Virus record (IMG/VR): IMGVR_UViG_3300021961_000064
Source of the DNA: an uncultured virus (IMG/VR IMGVR_UViG_3300021961_000064)
Taxonomy: Duplodnaviria > Heunggongvirae > Uroviricota > Caudoviricetes
Strand: one strand, 5' to 3'
DNA: 20,000 bases
Part shown: positions 12,101 to 17,649 of the stretch, in pieces
How positions within the stretch are numbered: the first letter of the stretch is position 1
How the letters are laid out: every line of letters begins with the position of its first letter
Program-made: the position numbers and the translations under genes
Notes under the pieces: generated by a model
Database searches by the model: none
Seen by the model: only the letters and a program-made list of their open reading frames with translations
What the model was told of the DNA's origin: nothing

Positions 12101-14387
12101 CTTTAATTTGTCTGATAGAACCGGAAATGTTTACATTTGCTTTGGCATCCGTTCCGAACTCATCTCTAATTTGTAATTGCGGAGGATTAATAACATCATA
12201 TCCACTTCCACCATTGGTAGTTTCAATCGAAGTTAATTTTCCATAAAAGACATTCTCATCAAAAAGAGTTGGTGACAATGCCTCAACACCGTTTACAAAA
12301 AGTCCAATTTCTCTATTATTTGTGGTTCTCTTATTTTTATCGTCAAATACAAAAATATTTTTATTTAAATTAAATTTCTTGAGTAACTTTTGGTGTTGAA
12401 GTGTTTTATTTTCATATCCAAACTTCCAAACGGAATCACTTGTTATTCCCGAATTAGCTATAATATATTTTTTAGTAAATAAATCATTTTTACTAAAAGA
12501 TAAGCTTATATTATTATTATTCAATTTAGTAACAAAGTATGCTCCTGTATTAATTCCAGAAACTTCCGAATCTACAGGAACATAGAAAACCGTCTCCCCC
12601 GTCGTATATGGATGATCGGGACAATATAAAATAGATGTATTAGACGTACCAACTACGGAAAGATTATTCTTGGTATCTTTACTAAAAATGGTGTAATTTG
12701 GCAATCCAGTTGATGTAACATACATTGTTTCATTATCACTACTAATGTATGTGTTCTGAACTCCCACGGGAATTTTATCAATATCTTCAAAATAATCGGA
12801 ATAATGCTTGGCTTTTACAATATACTTTTTGAGGTTATTTGAACTAGATATATCAAAAGTAGCATTAAAAACTTGAATGAGGATTCTATTGGTATACTTT
12901 CTAATAGTATCTCCAGTCTCAAATTCAACCGATATTATATCTGCTTCAGAAGTATTTCCAAATTTATCCTCTAAGAATATTTTTTCACCCTTATAAAAAC
13001 TTACAGTGTCATAAAGAATTATTCTATACTTATTCGAATCCTGTTGTGATACAGACTTAATATTATGTTTTGTGGGGACATTGTAAATCCAGTTATTAAA
13101 CTCAAATCTATTGGAGAGATCCTTTCCAAAACCAGATAATTTTATCTTATCTCCGCCTCTTAGATTAGAAGTTTTTGAAAAATCAATGTTATCAATAACG
13201 TTAATAACTCTAAAATCAACTTTTGAAGTATTACCTACTCCAATATAACTATAAGCAAATTTTTCTTCAATTATATCTAACCCATACTCAAGAACTTTTG
13301 ATACACCCGAAACTCCCAAAAATTGATTTGAGGTTTTATCTGAATATGTGAGAGTTATATAATTAGAATTTCTTGGTTTTACTAAAATTTGTCCAGATTT
13401 TGAAAATCCAATGGTAGAATCAACTAGTATAGTATTTTGTCCAACAGGAACTTCTTCTAAAATTTTAGTTTTTCCTGTGGCTTGAAAATTTCCACTAAAG
13501 GAAGTGGAGTCCAGAGAAATTTCGTATAATTGTTTATCAGCAACTGGTCTATATTCAACATTAAAAATAGAAGCGCTTGCAGTGCCAAATCCAACTATAT
13601 CTTGATATAGAAAATTACCCCTAGTTTGTACTGGATCTCCACCAGAAATTTTTTCAACAAGAATATTTTTTGTAGTAAAATAAGAATTAGAAGATGGAAC
13701 TATAGTATAATCTTGTGGTTTTAAAATTTCAATATCTACTCCATACAAAATTTTAAATAAAACTTTATATGAAAGATCCGTACCTTTAGATCTATAAAAA
13801 TCTGTTGCTTTTGTTAAAATATTTTGAATGTCCAGTCCGGCGACAAAATCTCTTCCCTCAAATCCTGGAAGAAATTCGTACTTATACTTGCTAAAAAATT
13901 CTCTAATGAAGAGATTACTTAAATTATATACAATACTTCCTGCGGTATGTTCTGCTGATTGTGTTGAAGAAAACTGCAGAAATTCAGTATTAGTATTAGA
14001 TTTTATGCTGTCAATACCACTAAATCCCCTAACACACTGTTTGAAGGATGTTGCGGTTTTTTCTTTATAAGTAATAATCTCATCATCTATCTTCAAAATT
14101 CCATAAGTTTCTGGCCAACCACTAGTGCTGCCAACAAAAATTTCATCATCAAAAACTAATACTTCAGAACTTAAAACGGTATATGGAGTCAAATTGTCAA
14201 TAGTAAAATTGACAATATCTTTATAATCTTTTATGTTTAAAGCAAGATCTACCGCACCAGATTTAGCCTCCAGTGAGGTATAATATTGAGTTAAAAACTC
14301 TCTGAATAGAGGAGACTCTTCGTTTAGAAACTCGGGAATTTGAGATTCTAAAATATCTACAATTTTAACTTTCTTGATATCTGACAT
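1..14387 (-). CDS. gp7: Giant multidomain baseplate wedge initiator, T4 gp7-like structural protein (>=4,795 aa; 3' end beyond window)
   Basis: ATG at 14387, one base after the gp6 stop (TAA-A-ATG). Hand translation begins MSDIKKVKIVDILESQIPEFLNEESPLFREFLTQYY and stays open in the same frame to base 3 (...GAFAYSYDG). It carries gp7-type motifs FYRSKGTDLSYKVLFKILYG (13740-13799) and DNFYYQKFSYSIKSTIPYSKWRESVRSIIHPSGF (7137-7238), plus many GxGY beta repeats. Position after gp25 and gp6 fits the wedge cluster of cyanophage-type myoviruses. Confidence 0.85.
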   Translation of the reverse strand, partial: MSDIKKVKIVDILESQIPEFLNEESPLFREFLTQYYTSLEAKSGAVDLALNIKDYKDIVNFTIDNLTPYTVLSSEVLVFDDEIFVGSTSGWPETYGILKIDDEIITYKEKTATSFKQCVRGFSGIDSIKSNTNTEFLQFSSTQSAEHTAGSIVYNLSNLFIREFFSKYKYEFLPGFEGRDFVAGLDIQNILTKATDFYRSKGTDLSYKVLFKILYGVDIEILKPQDYTIVPSSNSYFTTKNILVEKISGGDPVQTRGNFLYQDIVGFGTASASIFNVEYRPVADKQLYEISLDSTSFSGNFQATGKTKILEEVPVGQNTILVDSTIGFSKSGQILVKPRNSNYITLTYSDKTSNQFLGVSGVSKVLEYGLDIIEEKFAYSYIGVGNTSKVDFRVINVIDNIDFSKTSNLRGGDKIKLSGFGKDLSNRFEFNNWIYNVPTKHNIKSVSQQDSNKYRIILYDTVSFYKGEKIFLEDKFGNTSEADIISVEFETGDTIRKYTNRILIQVFNATFDISSSNNLKKYIVKAKHYSDYFEDIDKIPVGVQNTYISSDNETMYVTSTGLPNYTIFSKDTKNNLSVVGTSNTSILYCPDHPYTTGETVFYVPVDSEVSGINTGAYFVTKLNNNNISLSFSKNDLFTKKYIIANSGITSDSVWKFGYENKTLQHQKLLKKFNLNKNIFVFDDKNKRTTNNREIGLFVNGVEALSPTLFDENVFYGKLTSIETTNGGSGYDVINPPQLQIRDEFGTDAKANVNISGSIRQIKVVSPGIGYQNKPKITISGGNGTGCILESNLVKTRLKVGFKPESSVDLPTNAITFPSNHNLDDGEEVIYNSNGNNDIVGLVNNSHYFVGVSSARQLKLYNTFSDSISKINDINITGISSGFHDIQTLKSKYTITEVYVKEAGSGYSNRKVRVPSELSLGDNVGINTFDSYIFATKHGFKNGELVTYSYTDTPIIGLSTSNYYKVKVLDNNKFKLSYAGFSTDITDEYYLKNKFVRLNNIGVGTHIIGYPPITVSVESLAGIGSTALVSPILEPVVLGSVQDVYLEDGGIGYGCTNVINFHRRPEVGLSSITSECILKPIVLNGSIVDIKIINRGRGYRKDSDIFVYGSGNFAEIIPIVEDGSVVSFNILNGGVGYGSSDTTLQIRNRGIGAKFLANVFEWKINQVVKSRNLINNGDEGLTYPSKNPNLGLQFVNFYAPTILRYQLSDNVDQFGLEGDSLSHSPIIGYAYDGNPIYGPYGYDPFVGGLIRQIKTGYVLRVDTTSGLRPPSFESGYFVNDYVYTGTGDLDRYNGRFCITPQYPNGTYAYFISVNIDATGVAQPQYPYIVGDLFKNTPITENFLPSFNQDVEIQSFGISRNVAPYYLTYKESYYDLIDKISDLYKQEFTVSSVSTSGITSVSIFSPGTGYKVNDYVDISPRNDAGSSANIVVSSLKGKTISEFSVVDTDIENVKFDIKSSRITAKTNQPHEILNGETILISGISTITCSAIEGIRTVSVENKDVELSEDIDIEVNTGISTYIVVNDVSGFSVEDYIGIGTETLLVTRVSPERSTLYVNRLSNTGVHTAGIDKVVLLPTKFQFTVDKPISETRNISYVTYFDPKETVGTGTEGSTRSLVGIGTSTIESRFIPPRSVYIPGHKFYTGQPLIYSCGVGGTSLVVEEVGSGTSVKIVNDSIVYAVNLGRDYIGLSTLGFTTSSGIGTSLNSLEFVNFDSSFSTIGYAHSLKTIENEVDATVDRFIGITTTRTDHELQSGDYISFNILNNELKTVKLKYLETIRKLVIDNTTFESSDIDNDTNSILILNNTLKTGDKVVYNGLTSVVSQLDNDRTYFVLKLDNDRIRLCEYLTDVYESNFIKITAPAGGTHYLYSLNPPITAVKNDILKFDLSDSSLLDMDLEFFEDPDFQRRIELIGATRNTFSVVRQGIPGNVDSNVTLNTANELFPQLIYYTLIPKSPIDERKNQISSDKEVNGYNKIVLRPHILQRRFQINVSSDKTFSVNLKGKATPEEELSYNATNISYSTDSKSASGPIDKLKINFGGKGYSSLPYVNGIISDNGKNAIVKLTSPRIGSVETYERVKDGFDYPTDPTLTPSLSVPTIVGVKDIRTIESIGIQTGGRNYNNPPKLYVKDNTDIKLSAEVSGGSITNVNILQNVTNLSSPLEIYSLYNSNGYDIDFIQTSGDNVTLELTNLDLIPIGFGRTETVFPFAVGDEIFVESCRLTASTRHLANYNSSAYDYAFFTVTSVNENNGTVTYSMAGISTGAFGTYDSDITLGYVINKKDMPILEMNLSDDVKYFSKEKVTAPTFYGVAMEDGWNNDLNQLRISESYGQLRLGDKITGESSKITGTVEYFDTFTLNATLGVSRDKVGQIDNAVGILNEFQQRIADNFYYQKFSYSIKSTIPYSKWRESVRSIIHPSGFKEFSDLELITKPSLESTNVGISKSTNLKPSVLASASQFLVNLDNVASLNQRDNFALVYEEDFLPDGAVERVYFNEGVALRNYILNKTNKVLKIDDISNQFDGTSSQALRGRYADASDMLNLNREFIQEEVVSFVEYNYPNIGSNSTYDRETCKRDVGYIIDAIAHDIKYNSNNKSVEAGLAYWNAGSSYVSNETEETLFAYNYVKFLSQYVINNQSPPTLYQTAVDQEFNFALIQDPTNETLYRNKDARNLIVANKKEILDKSLASIAVSFPDFYFPGDNQTNGRSRYYDGYRLIQQNRQEIIDTTWSNLILTYPDVSSTQDKCKRDIGYFVDAISTDIFTGGNKYSREFVQKYFDVSGTTPISNGLVGEETQSIYAFEQARDLMKSAVRNGLTIKDLTVTAGPPVVGVGSTVSNTSTSACQDVQNNISTLVSLVTIVIGAGNTASLPSINVGTYTTGGLKCYRDLGYIIDAVAEDVNYGTNQHIIYATKKYFSGAGVALTTGLIGEEQESVVAFHSLRDYCSKAVTNQLNVRDLTIVADPVTGFNTDPNSCANIRSNISNLVGILTSAVISGSLSGIPTTNIGSTDCADVRSAIVNYVGIVTTIVGLGSNFAPTSITYPSLSRGGSIVGLSTFKLKNKGFPLFKREFSGLSTTVIDLQGNQFVLPNHNFQSGQELIYSYTGNPIGIATTSYVSGDVDVITGIGSINGGAILQNGYNNDVGAEIGISTVLVPVGPTSKVVLSAIGNGDLSGVNATFDVLITYSASTGNALSTSITLKTGGSQFVVGETVSIAGTYMGGATPTNDLSFVVTSTTATQIQAQANASYVNIPSSVTGVGSEALFTVTRDNDGRLENVFIVNGGSGYASTSLVSIAGTYIGGVAPNDDISFYPSFLGTNKLPRSLFVYKIDDNKFKVSGLSTSVFVDLLSYGTGTHTLEYKEPNSSVVITVDGVIQGPLRRKSLEVSLGDPVSSASTTVLTISSGINSLSNGDVINIDQEYVSIKTIGVIAEDKVEVERGYLGTNSGVHTIGAASTVLNGDFNIVGDTLYFTTPPYGKIGPAGLQTGSIFAGRVLSRQFDPSKPQDKNVILDDISLSFTGIAATEFTVKVNGNTTTSLFNDVNSGVDINNNPILLINNVFQEPRTDYTIDGTSENVIRFLTGTPSAGRISKVTQSSNYGYIPFKGATAVANVSVAGTISSIDIIGIGSGYRLPPSVSIASTIGYGASATASVGASGTITGFTIVNAGSGYTTSSPPEVVIGIPTGYSNLGVAYTGGTSGVGQNAKVSVVVGQGSSVISFKIDNPGIGYKVGDILKVPDLLTRTGFRSDILNISNFTYDNITGINTVTTTDVHGLSQNDVVRLAGAAFTCGYDEVGIKSFSYDNATGICTVTTYSPHGVLRTDVDENKTSTEVFLHNLPFACAEEHSGITTTIFPDGTSPYGKVFPALTSIGNTVFTINAGVSTIPHIFVGWPEIGISTFVYDNLTGISTVTTVQPHQINANDMVTLKDLPFSCTSIGSTFNIIGVDYNNYAGITTIILDSDHGYLVGDYARLADIEFSCDSWLGISTSNITNLTYDEVSGIVTVTTDANHGIDAGGYVKLDGIQLSCDSWTGISTLNVVNFDYLNFVGLCTLTLSGDHGIEPGEYVRVENILLSCPPVTAGLTSTLFPYPAGINTFGNPYPQSSPNTLANTYNVFKTVAGTAGSTITINAGISTIDHTYVSGGTVTIGISTTLFPYDGSSQKSLTGTNNVFKTTSGTSGNTIVVDVGVSTIAHTYVSGGTATAGITSTIFPYVGSSTSFAFNSYDTFEIVGVPTTNKFNIFVGVSTIAHTYVSGGTAVLGVTTSIFPDGTSEYGYTFRVTGVGSSTTFTINSGISTIPHEFLGYGQVGVSTFTYTESTGISTVVTSTSHGLSVGDYVTLDGLEFSCAVEHAGITTTIFPDGTSPYGKTFLVSYVASNKSFTFNAGISTIAHNYVSGGTAQKVSITKKVPTTQRVLRFPDVSTDGAYDFRVTSVGSTNQFTFLSAGSTISHYYTQSGIVSFRQFEEFTFEVEEVQTDKFTGLYPGQFIKFDDISQYFNGFRKKFTLSITNNNVKEVISLRTPQGSDLDITNNIFIYVNDILQSPGDSYTFSGSRVSFKEAPKENSTCTILYFRGSSVDVEDVEPPKTIKEGDFIQIRENKDDLLDTDQFDRVVKTIVSSDQLDTFTYDSLGINTNPTKIRPLKWQKQTRDRVISGVLYSKARPSLNSRIVPNAYVIKKVLPDDVEIYVDNAFPIFTDIDTLSEDKRNIKICETREISPAIGTCVVSSSSTISSIQISSGGVGYAYTSNPVITVSQSAITKKDPIKNWRTVSGLSTTHILNSVDHGNVFVSVGNSGAFAYSYDG
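1035..3150 (-). repeat. Seven nested FCCH-like beta-domain repeats within the giant ORF
   Basis: Seven N-halves (YD..TG..TVTT...HG...GD.V.L....FSC) and seven C-halves (GITTTIFP....F.V......FTINAGISTI.H.YVSGG). A near-identical DNA copy lies at 1312-1380 vs 2827-2895. Confidence 0.85.
4480..4880 (-). repeat. Two tandem beta-sandwich-type repeats within the giant ORF
   Basis: ATFDV...GGSQFVVGETVSIAGTYMGGATPTNDLSF and ALFTV...GGSGYASTSLVSIAGTYIGGVAPNDDISF. Confidence 0.7.
5316..6806 (-). repeat. Three nested alpha-helical CxRD domains (phycobiliprotein/globin-like) within the giant ORF
   Basis: TCKRDVGYIIDAIAHDI (Cys 6681-6683), KCKRDIGYFVDAISTDI (Cys 6165-6167) and KCYRDLGYIIDAVAEDV (Cys 5751-5753). 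Three matching terminal helices: ACQDVQNNISTLV, SCANIRSNISNLV, DCADVRSAIVNYV. The repeat is directly visible; the fold assignment is inference. Confidence 0.7.
10401..10724 (-). other. YHYH-family-like domain (C-terminal part) within the giant ORF
   Basis: HSPIIGYAYDGNPIYGPYGY...GYFVNDYVY..TGDLDRYNGRFCITPQYPNGTYAYF...YPYIVG matches the YHYH family pattern (HSP.IG.A.DG.PIYG; DLD..NG; YPY). Confidence 0.75.
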
Positions 14388-14388
14388 T

Positions 14389-16257
14389 TTATCTAGTATA
14401 ATTTCCGTTTAAGTAACTTGAAGTTGGTGTAAACAGTGTGGCTGATGTATTTTCACCAGATGTAATGATATCTTCAATCATATTCACTACAGAAGTTCTA
14501 ATATCTATTTGAAGATAGAGTTCTTTCAATCCAACGATGTCATTAGATTCAGGTATTGCCTGAATCTCGACAAATCCATTAGTCAATGTAACTCCTGTTA
14601 TATTTACCACATCTAAAAGAAGGTCTCCTGTGGTATAATTAATACTTCCTGCATTATTTTTGACTATAACTGGAACATTATTTTCTATCTTAAAGAAGAA
14701 AAGTCTTCCTGTTGTATCTCCGGTTTGTACGTCACCCATATAGACAACATCGGATACTCCATCAATATAAAATCCACTAGATTTAATAGAATATCCACCT
14801 TTCTTAATATGAACCGAATTACCAAAACAAATCTTATACGTAGCAAAAGAATTTAATTCTGGAGTAATATCCAATCTCATTCTAACTTTTGTTATGTTAG
14901 AAGTTATAGCTTGATCAGTATTATCAATTAATGCATTAACCTTACTGTACTTAAATCTTCCACCAAAACTGTTAAGGTCAACAGAATTTGCATAAACAGT
15001 TAAAGTATTCAAAACTTTGGATCTTATAAATTCCGGATCTGAGGTTTGATTTTTATTATAATAGATAGTACTATCTAATTCAATGTAAAGGTATTTAAGA
15101 TCAATTATTTGTGGTTGAATACCAGCAATTGAATATTGTTTAAGATTTCTAAGAATTTCACTCTTTGTAATTTCGGATAAAAAAGTTCCATTCCTTGGTT
15201 TTATTGATAGATAAACCTTTCCATATTCTGGCGGTTCAAGTTCTTCTCCACCATAAGCACTTACAGATTCAACGTTAGAGTAGATATAAGGAACTAATCC
15301 CTTATAATCATTTGCAGTTACTGCTCTATACTGAGAGGCATAGACTCTAGGAGCAAGATATTTAATAGAGTCAATCTCTTCAATGTTATCACCATTTGAA
15401 GATTGCTGTTGGGTTCTCAATAAAGATATACCAGAAGTTATTGATTTTAAATTATTATCTTTAAGAACACCCGAAAAAGTAAAGTTAGTACCACCATTTC
15501 CATCTTTTCCATTGGTCACAATGTATGTGACTGTTATGACACTACCTGGCGATGGCTTTTTACCTAGAATATTATCACCAAATCTTATTTCATATTTTTC
15601 GTCTTCTATTTCTTGAATTAAAAATATTCTTGATTCGGAATTAATATTCAAAATATTACTATATGAACTGTAGAGTTCTGTAACTTGATCCCTAACAGAA
15701 ACTCTAATAGTTGTTGTATCAATATTTGGATTTGGAAGAATATATCTTTGATCTGGTTGAGATGGATCTATGGTGAAAGTACTTGTTAAAAAAGTGCCTT
15801 CATATATCTCCAAATTTTCAAACGTGGCGATTCCATTGATGTCCACAGGGGTCGTAACATCTTCGGGTATAGAGAATATATAATTACCTCCTTCAACAGC
15901 GCCCAAGGCGCACTGGCCCGCCTGTATTTTAACAGTTCTTGCGTCTGTACCAGCTACGTTGACGTTAAAACTTACTTTTGCTTTTGCAGCTCTTTTAGAT
16001 CTTGGTACATAACCAATATTTCGTGCAAGAGATACAACATTTTCTCTGAGGGTAGCACTGTCCAAAAATACTTCATTAACTGCCATGTTAGTGTTGAAGG
16101 CAGTTATGTAACTATTATATGCAAGTAAATCAATCAGCGTAGAAAAATTAGACCCCTCAAAATCAAAATCAGTAAAATTACTGTTTGATCTAAGGTAATC
16201 TTTAATCTGAGTTCTAAGATTATTAAAATCTAAATTTGTAAACTGATTGAAAGACAT
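14389..16257 (-). CDS. gp6: Baseplate wedge subunit, T4 gp6-like (622 aa)
   Basis: LDF..L..Q.KDYL...FTDFDFEGSN.S.L.DLLAYN, E.FLDSA.LR.NVVSLAR.IGY.PRS, YEIRFGD.ILGK, APR.YASQ.RAVTA.DY and PEYGKV.LSIKP are typical gp6 motifs. The start overlaps the gp25 stop (TAATG). Confidence 0.95.
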   Translation of the reverse strand: MSFNQFTNLDFNNLRTQIKDYLRSNSNFTDFDFEGSNFSTLIDLLAYNSYITAFNTNMAVNEVFLDSATLRENVVSLARNIGYVPRSKRAAKAKVSFNVNVAGTDARTVKIQAGQCALGAVEGGNYIFSIPEDVTTPVDINGIATFENLEIYEGTFLTSTFTIDPSQPDQRYILPNPNIDTTTIRVSVRDQVTELYSSYSNILNINSESRIFLIQEIEDEKYEIRFGDNILGKKPSPGSVITVTYIVTNGKDGNGGTNFTFSGVLKDNNLKSITSGISLLRTQQQSSNGDNIEEIDSIKYLAPRVYASQYRAVTANDYKGLVPYIYSNVESVSAYGGEELEPPEYGKVYLSIKPRNGTFLSEITKSEILRNLKQYSIAGIQPQIIDLKYLYIELDSTIYYNKNQTSDPEFIRSKVLNTLTVYANSVDLNSFGGRFKYSKVNALIDNTDQAITSNITKVRMRLDITPELNSFATYKICFGNSVHIKKGGYSIKSSGFYIDGVSDVVYMGDVQTGDTTGRLFFFKIENNVPVIVKNNAGSINYTTGDLLLDVVNITGVTLTNGFVEIQAIPESNDIVGLKELYLQIDIRTSVVNMIEDIITSGENTSATLFTPTSSYLNGNYTR

Positions 16258-16655
16258 TAGATTCTAGTTGGTTGTAAGATAAAGTCTATACTCTGAGTCG
16301 GAAGTGGAAGTCCAACAATGTCATATGCAATGGTGACATACAACTCATTACTCTCATCGGGATATGTTACTAATACTGAGGTTTTTCTAATTCTTGGTTC
16401 AAAGTTTCTCAGTAAAGTCTCAATTTCAAGTTGTAATTTGTATGCGATATCTGGGCTCTGTTGTTCAAAAAGTGTATTATATGTATTTGAGCCCAGAAGT
16501 CTGTTATAAAATCTTTCACCAACTCTAGTCTTCACCAAATTAATAACAGATTTTTTTATAGCATCAGCATCATTTATTACAATGATATCATTAGTTACTG
16601 GATTTCTCACAAAAGAGAGACTTATATCTTTAAATTTGCGAGAAATCGTTGCCAT
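16257..16655 (-). CDS. gp25: Baseplate wedge subunit gp25 (GPW/gp25 family, 132 aa)
   Basis: FKDISLSF..NP.T.D, AIK.SV.NL..T..GER.....GS and NFEPRI motifs; expected size; immediately upstream of gp6. Confidence 0.93.
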   Translation of the reverse strand: MATISRKFKDISLSFVRNPVTNDIIVINDADAIKKSVINLVKTRVGERFYNRLLGSNTYNTLFEQQSPDIAYKLQLEIETLLRNFEPRIRKTSVLVTYPDESNELYVTIAYDIVGLPLPTQSIDFILQPTRI

Positions 16656-16670
16656 TACCCAAACAAATGG

Positions 16671-16678
16671 TATTTATT
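16671..16678 (-). promoter_or_regulatory. T4-type late promoter (AATAAATA)
   Basis: Intergenic AATAAATA 15 nt upstream of the gp25 ATG. It matches the gp55-type late consensus TATAAATA/NATAAATA and precedes the structural cluster. Confidence 0.75.
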
Positions 16679-16695
16679 ATATGTATAAGACCATT

Positions 16696-16953
16696 TCACC
16701 ATTTTTTACCATATGTTGGTTCAGTGCCGTACTCCCAATCGTCGTAATCTTGGTCATTACGAATTTTTTCATGGAGTTCTGTCTGTTTTTTCAAGTCATG
16801 ATGGTTTTCATAGTCCATTATTTCTTGTAAAAACTTACTTTTTTGTTCATAAACATCAACTTTTTGCATAGAACCATAGTCAGTAATCAATTTTGTGGTT
16901 CCCCACATACTTTTCATGTAGTCTGCGTCTCTATCAACGGGTGAATTTGACAT
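16696..16953 (-). CDS. Hypothetical protein (85 aa, acidic C-terminus DYDDWEYGTEP)
   Basis: ORF with an AGGAG Shine-Dalgarno at 16960-16964, in the same orientation as its neighbours. Confidence 0.8.
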   Translation of the reverse strand: MSNSPVDRDADYMKSMWGTTKLITDYGSMQKVDVYEQKSKFLQEIMDYENHHDLKKQTELHEKIRNDQDYDDWEYGTEPTYGKKW

Positions 16954-16958
16954 TTTTA

Positions 16959-17004
16959 GCTCCTGATTTTTTAGATCAGAACTTTTTACGGGGTTGCTAT
17001 CCCG
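16959..17004 (-). promoter_or_regulatory. Two-hairpin leader; the second stem covers the Shine-Dalgarno of the 85-aa ORF
   Basis: Minus strand reads CGGG-ATAGCAAC-CCCG, TAAAAAG, TTCTGAT-CTAAAAA-ATCAGGA, GC. AGGA of the SD lies in the 3' arm of the second stem. Confidence 0.45.
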
Positions 17005-17464
17005 AAATGTCTTGATTTTCTACTAGATTTACTTCTTCTCCAAGAATTTCTTCCAAATATTCTTTAGTCCAATAGTTATAATAGTCGGTTTCTGCCAATT
17101 TTTTACGAATTGCACTTAATTTTTTCTTCGATTGACACAAAATTAAGTTAAATTTCTTATTATTTGTCTGTACATCACCAATAAATGTGGGGACAGAGGC
17201 TAAATCTTCAAAAAATTTATAGTATGAGTACTTTTCATTGTAATGTTTTACCCATTTTAATACTTGTTCAGGTCTCCAAAAGTCCTCGACAATAAAAACG
17301 ATGACATCATACCCTGATTGGGGTACAACATCATCGATTGGTGTTTCTAAAATTAATGTTTTTGAATTGGAAGCATATGGGCAGACAGAAAATCCACCTA
17401 ATTCTTCTCTCGACTTGGATACTTCTTCGATCCATTCATGAATATATGCTTCCTTTTCAGTCAT
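16997..17464 (-). CDS. Hypothetical protein (155 aa) with W...LGG.SVCPYA motif, possibly DUF1415-like
   Basis: Full ORF in operon orientation. The N-terminal CPYA recalls the CPFA motif of DUF1415, a weak similarity from memory. Confidence 0.75.
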   Translation of the reverse strand: MTEKEAYIHEWIEEVSKSREELGGFSVCPYASNSKTLILETPIDDVVPQSGYDVIVFIVEDFWRPEQVLKWVKHYNEKYSYYKFFEDLASVPTFIGDVQTNNKKFNLILCQSKKKLSAIRKKLAETDYYNYWTKEYLEEILGEEVNLVENQDISG

Positions 17465-17467
17465 AAA

Positions 17468-17629
17468 TCAACCTGCGGCTAGAGGTGAATTGGGATTTGG
17501 TTTTTGTGCTGCTGAAGATCCGTTTCTTGCTTGTGAAGCAACATCATAACCGAATACTTTAGCATCACCAGATGTTTCTGCAGGTGCATCTGCAGCGTTT
17601 GGTCCTACTTTTGGTGTTGATTCTGCCAT
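17468..17629 (-). CDS. Small hypothetical protein (53 aa, Ala/Pro/Ser-rich), not in ORF track
   Basis: MAESTPKVGPNAADAPAETSGDAKVFGYDVASQARNGSSAAQKPNPNSPLAAG*. It fills the gap between the carbamoyltransferase and the 155-aa ORF and has a late-promoter-like motif upstream. Confidence 0.7.
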   Translation of the reverse strand: MAESTPKVGPNAADAPAETSGDAKVFGYDVASQARNGSSAAQKPNPNSPLAAG

Positions 17630-17649
17630 CGTTTTTTACGTGTATCTAT

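Noticed and set aside
1672..14070. Short ORF-track entries on the plus strand (e.g. 1672-1929, 3736-4065, 10963-11268) and out-of-frame minus ORFs (1721-1903, 1916-2122)
   Set aside because: All lie within the giant minus-strand ORF. They are antisense or frame shadows with no recognisable motifs.
16979..16999. Stop-codon readthrough at TAG-CAA of the 155-aa ORF
   Set aside because: Readthrough would add only a few residues (QPRKKF) before a TGA and would not fuse to the next ORF.
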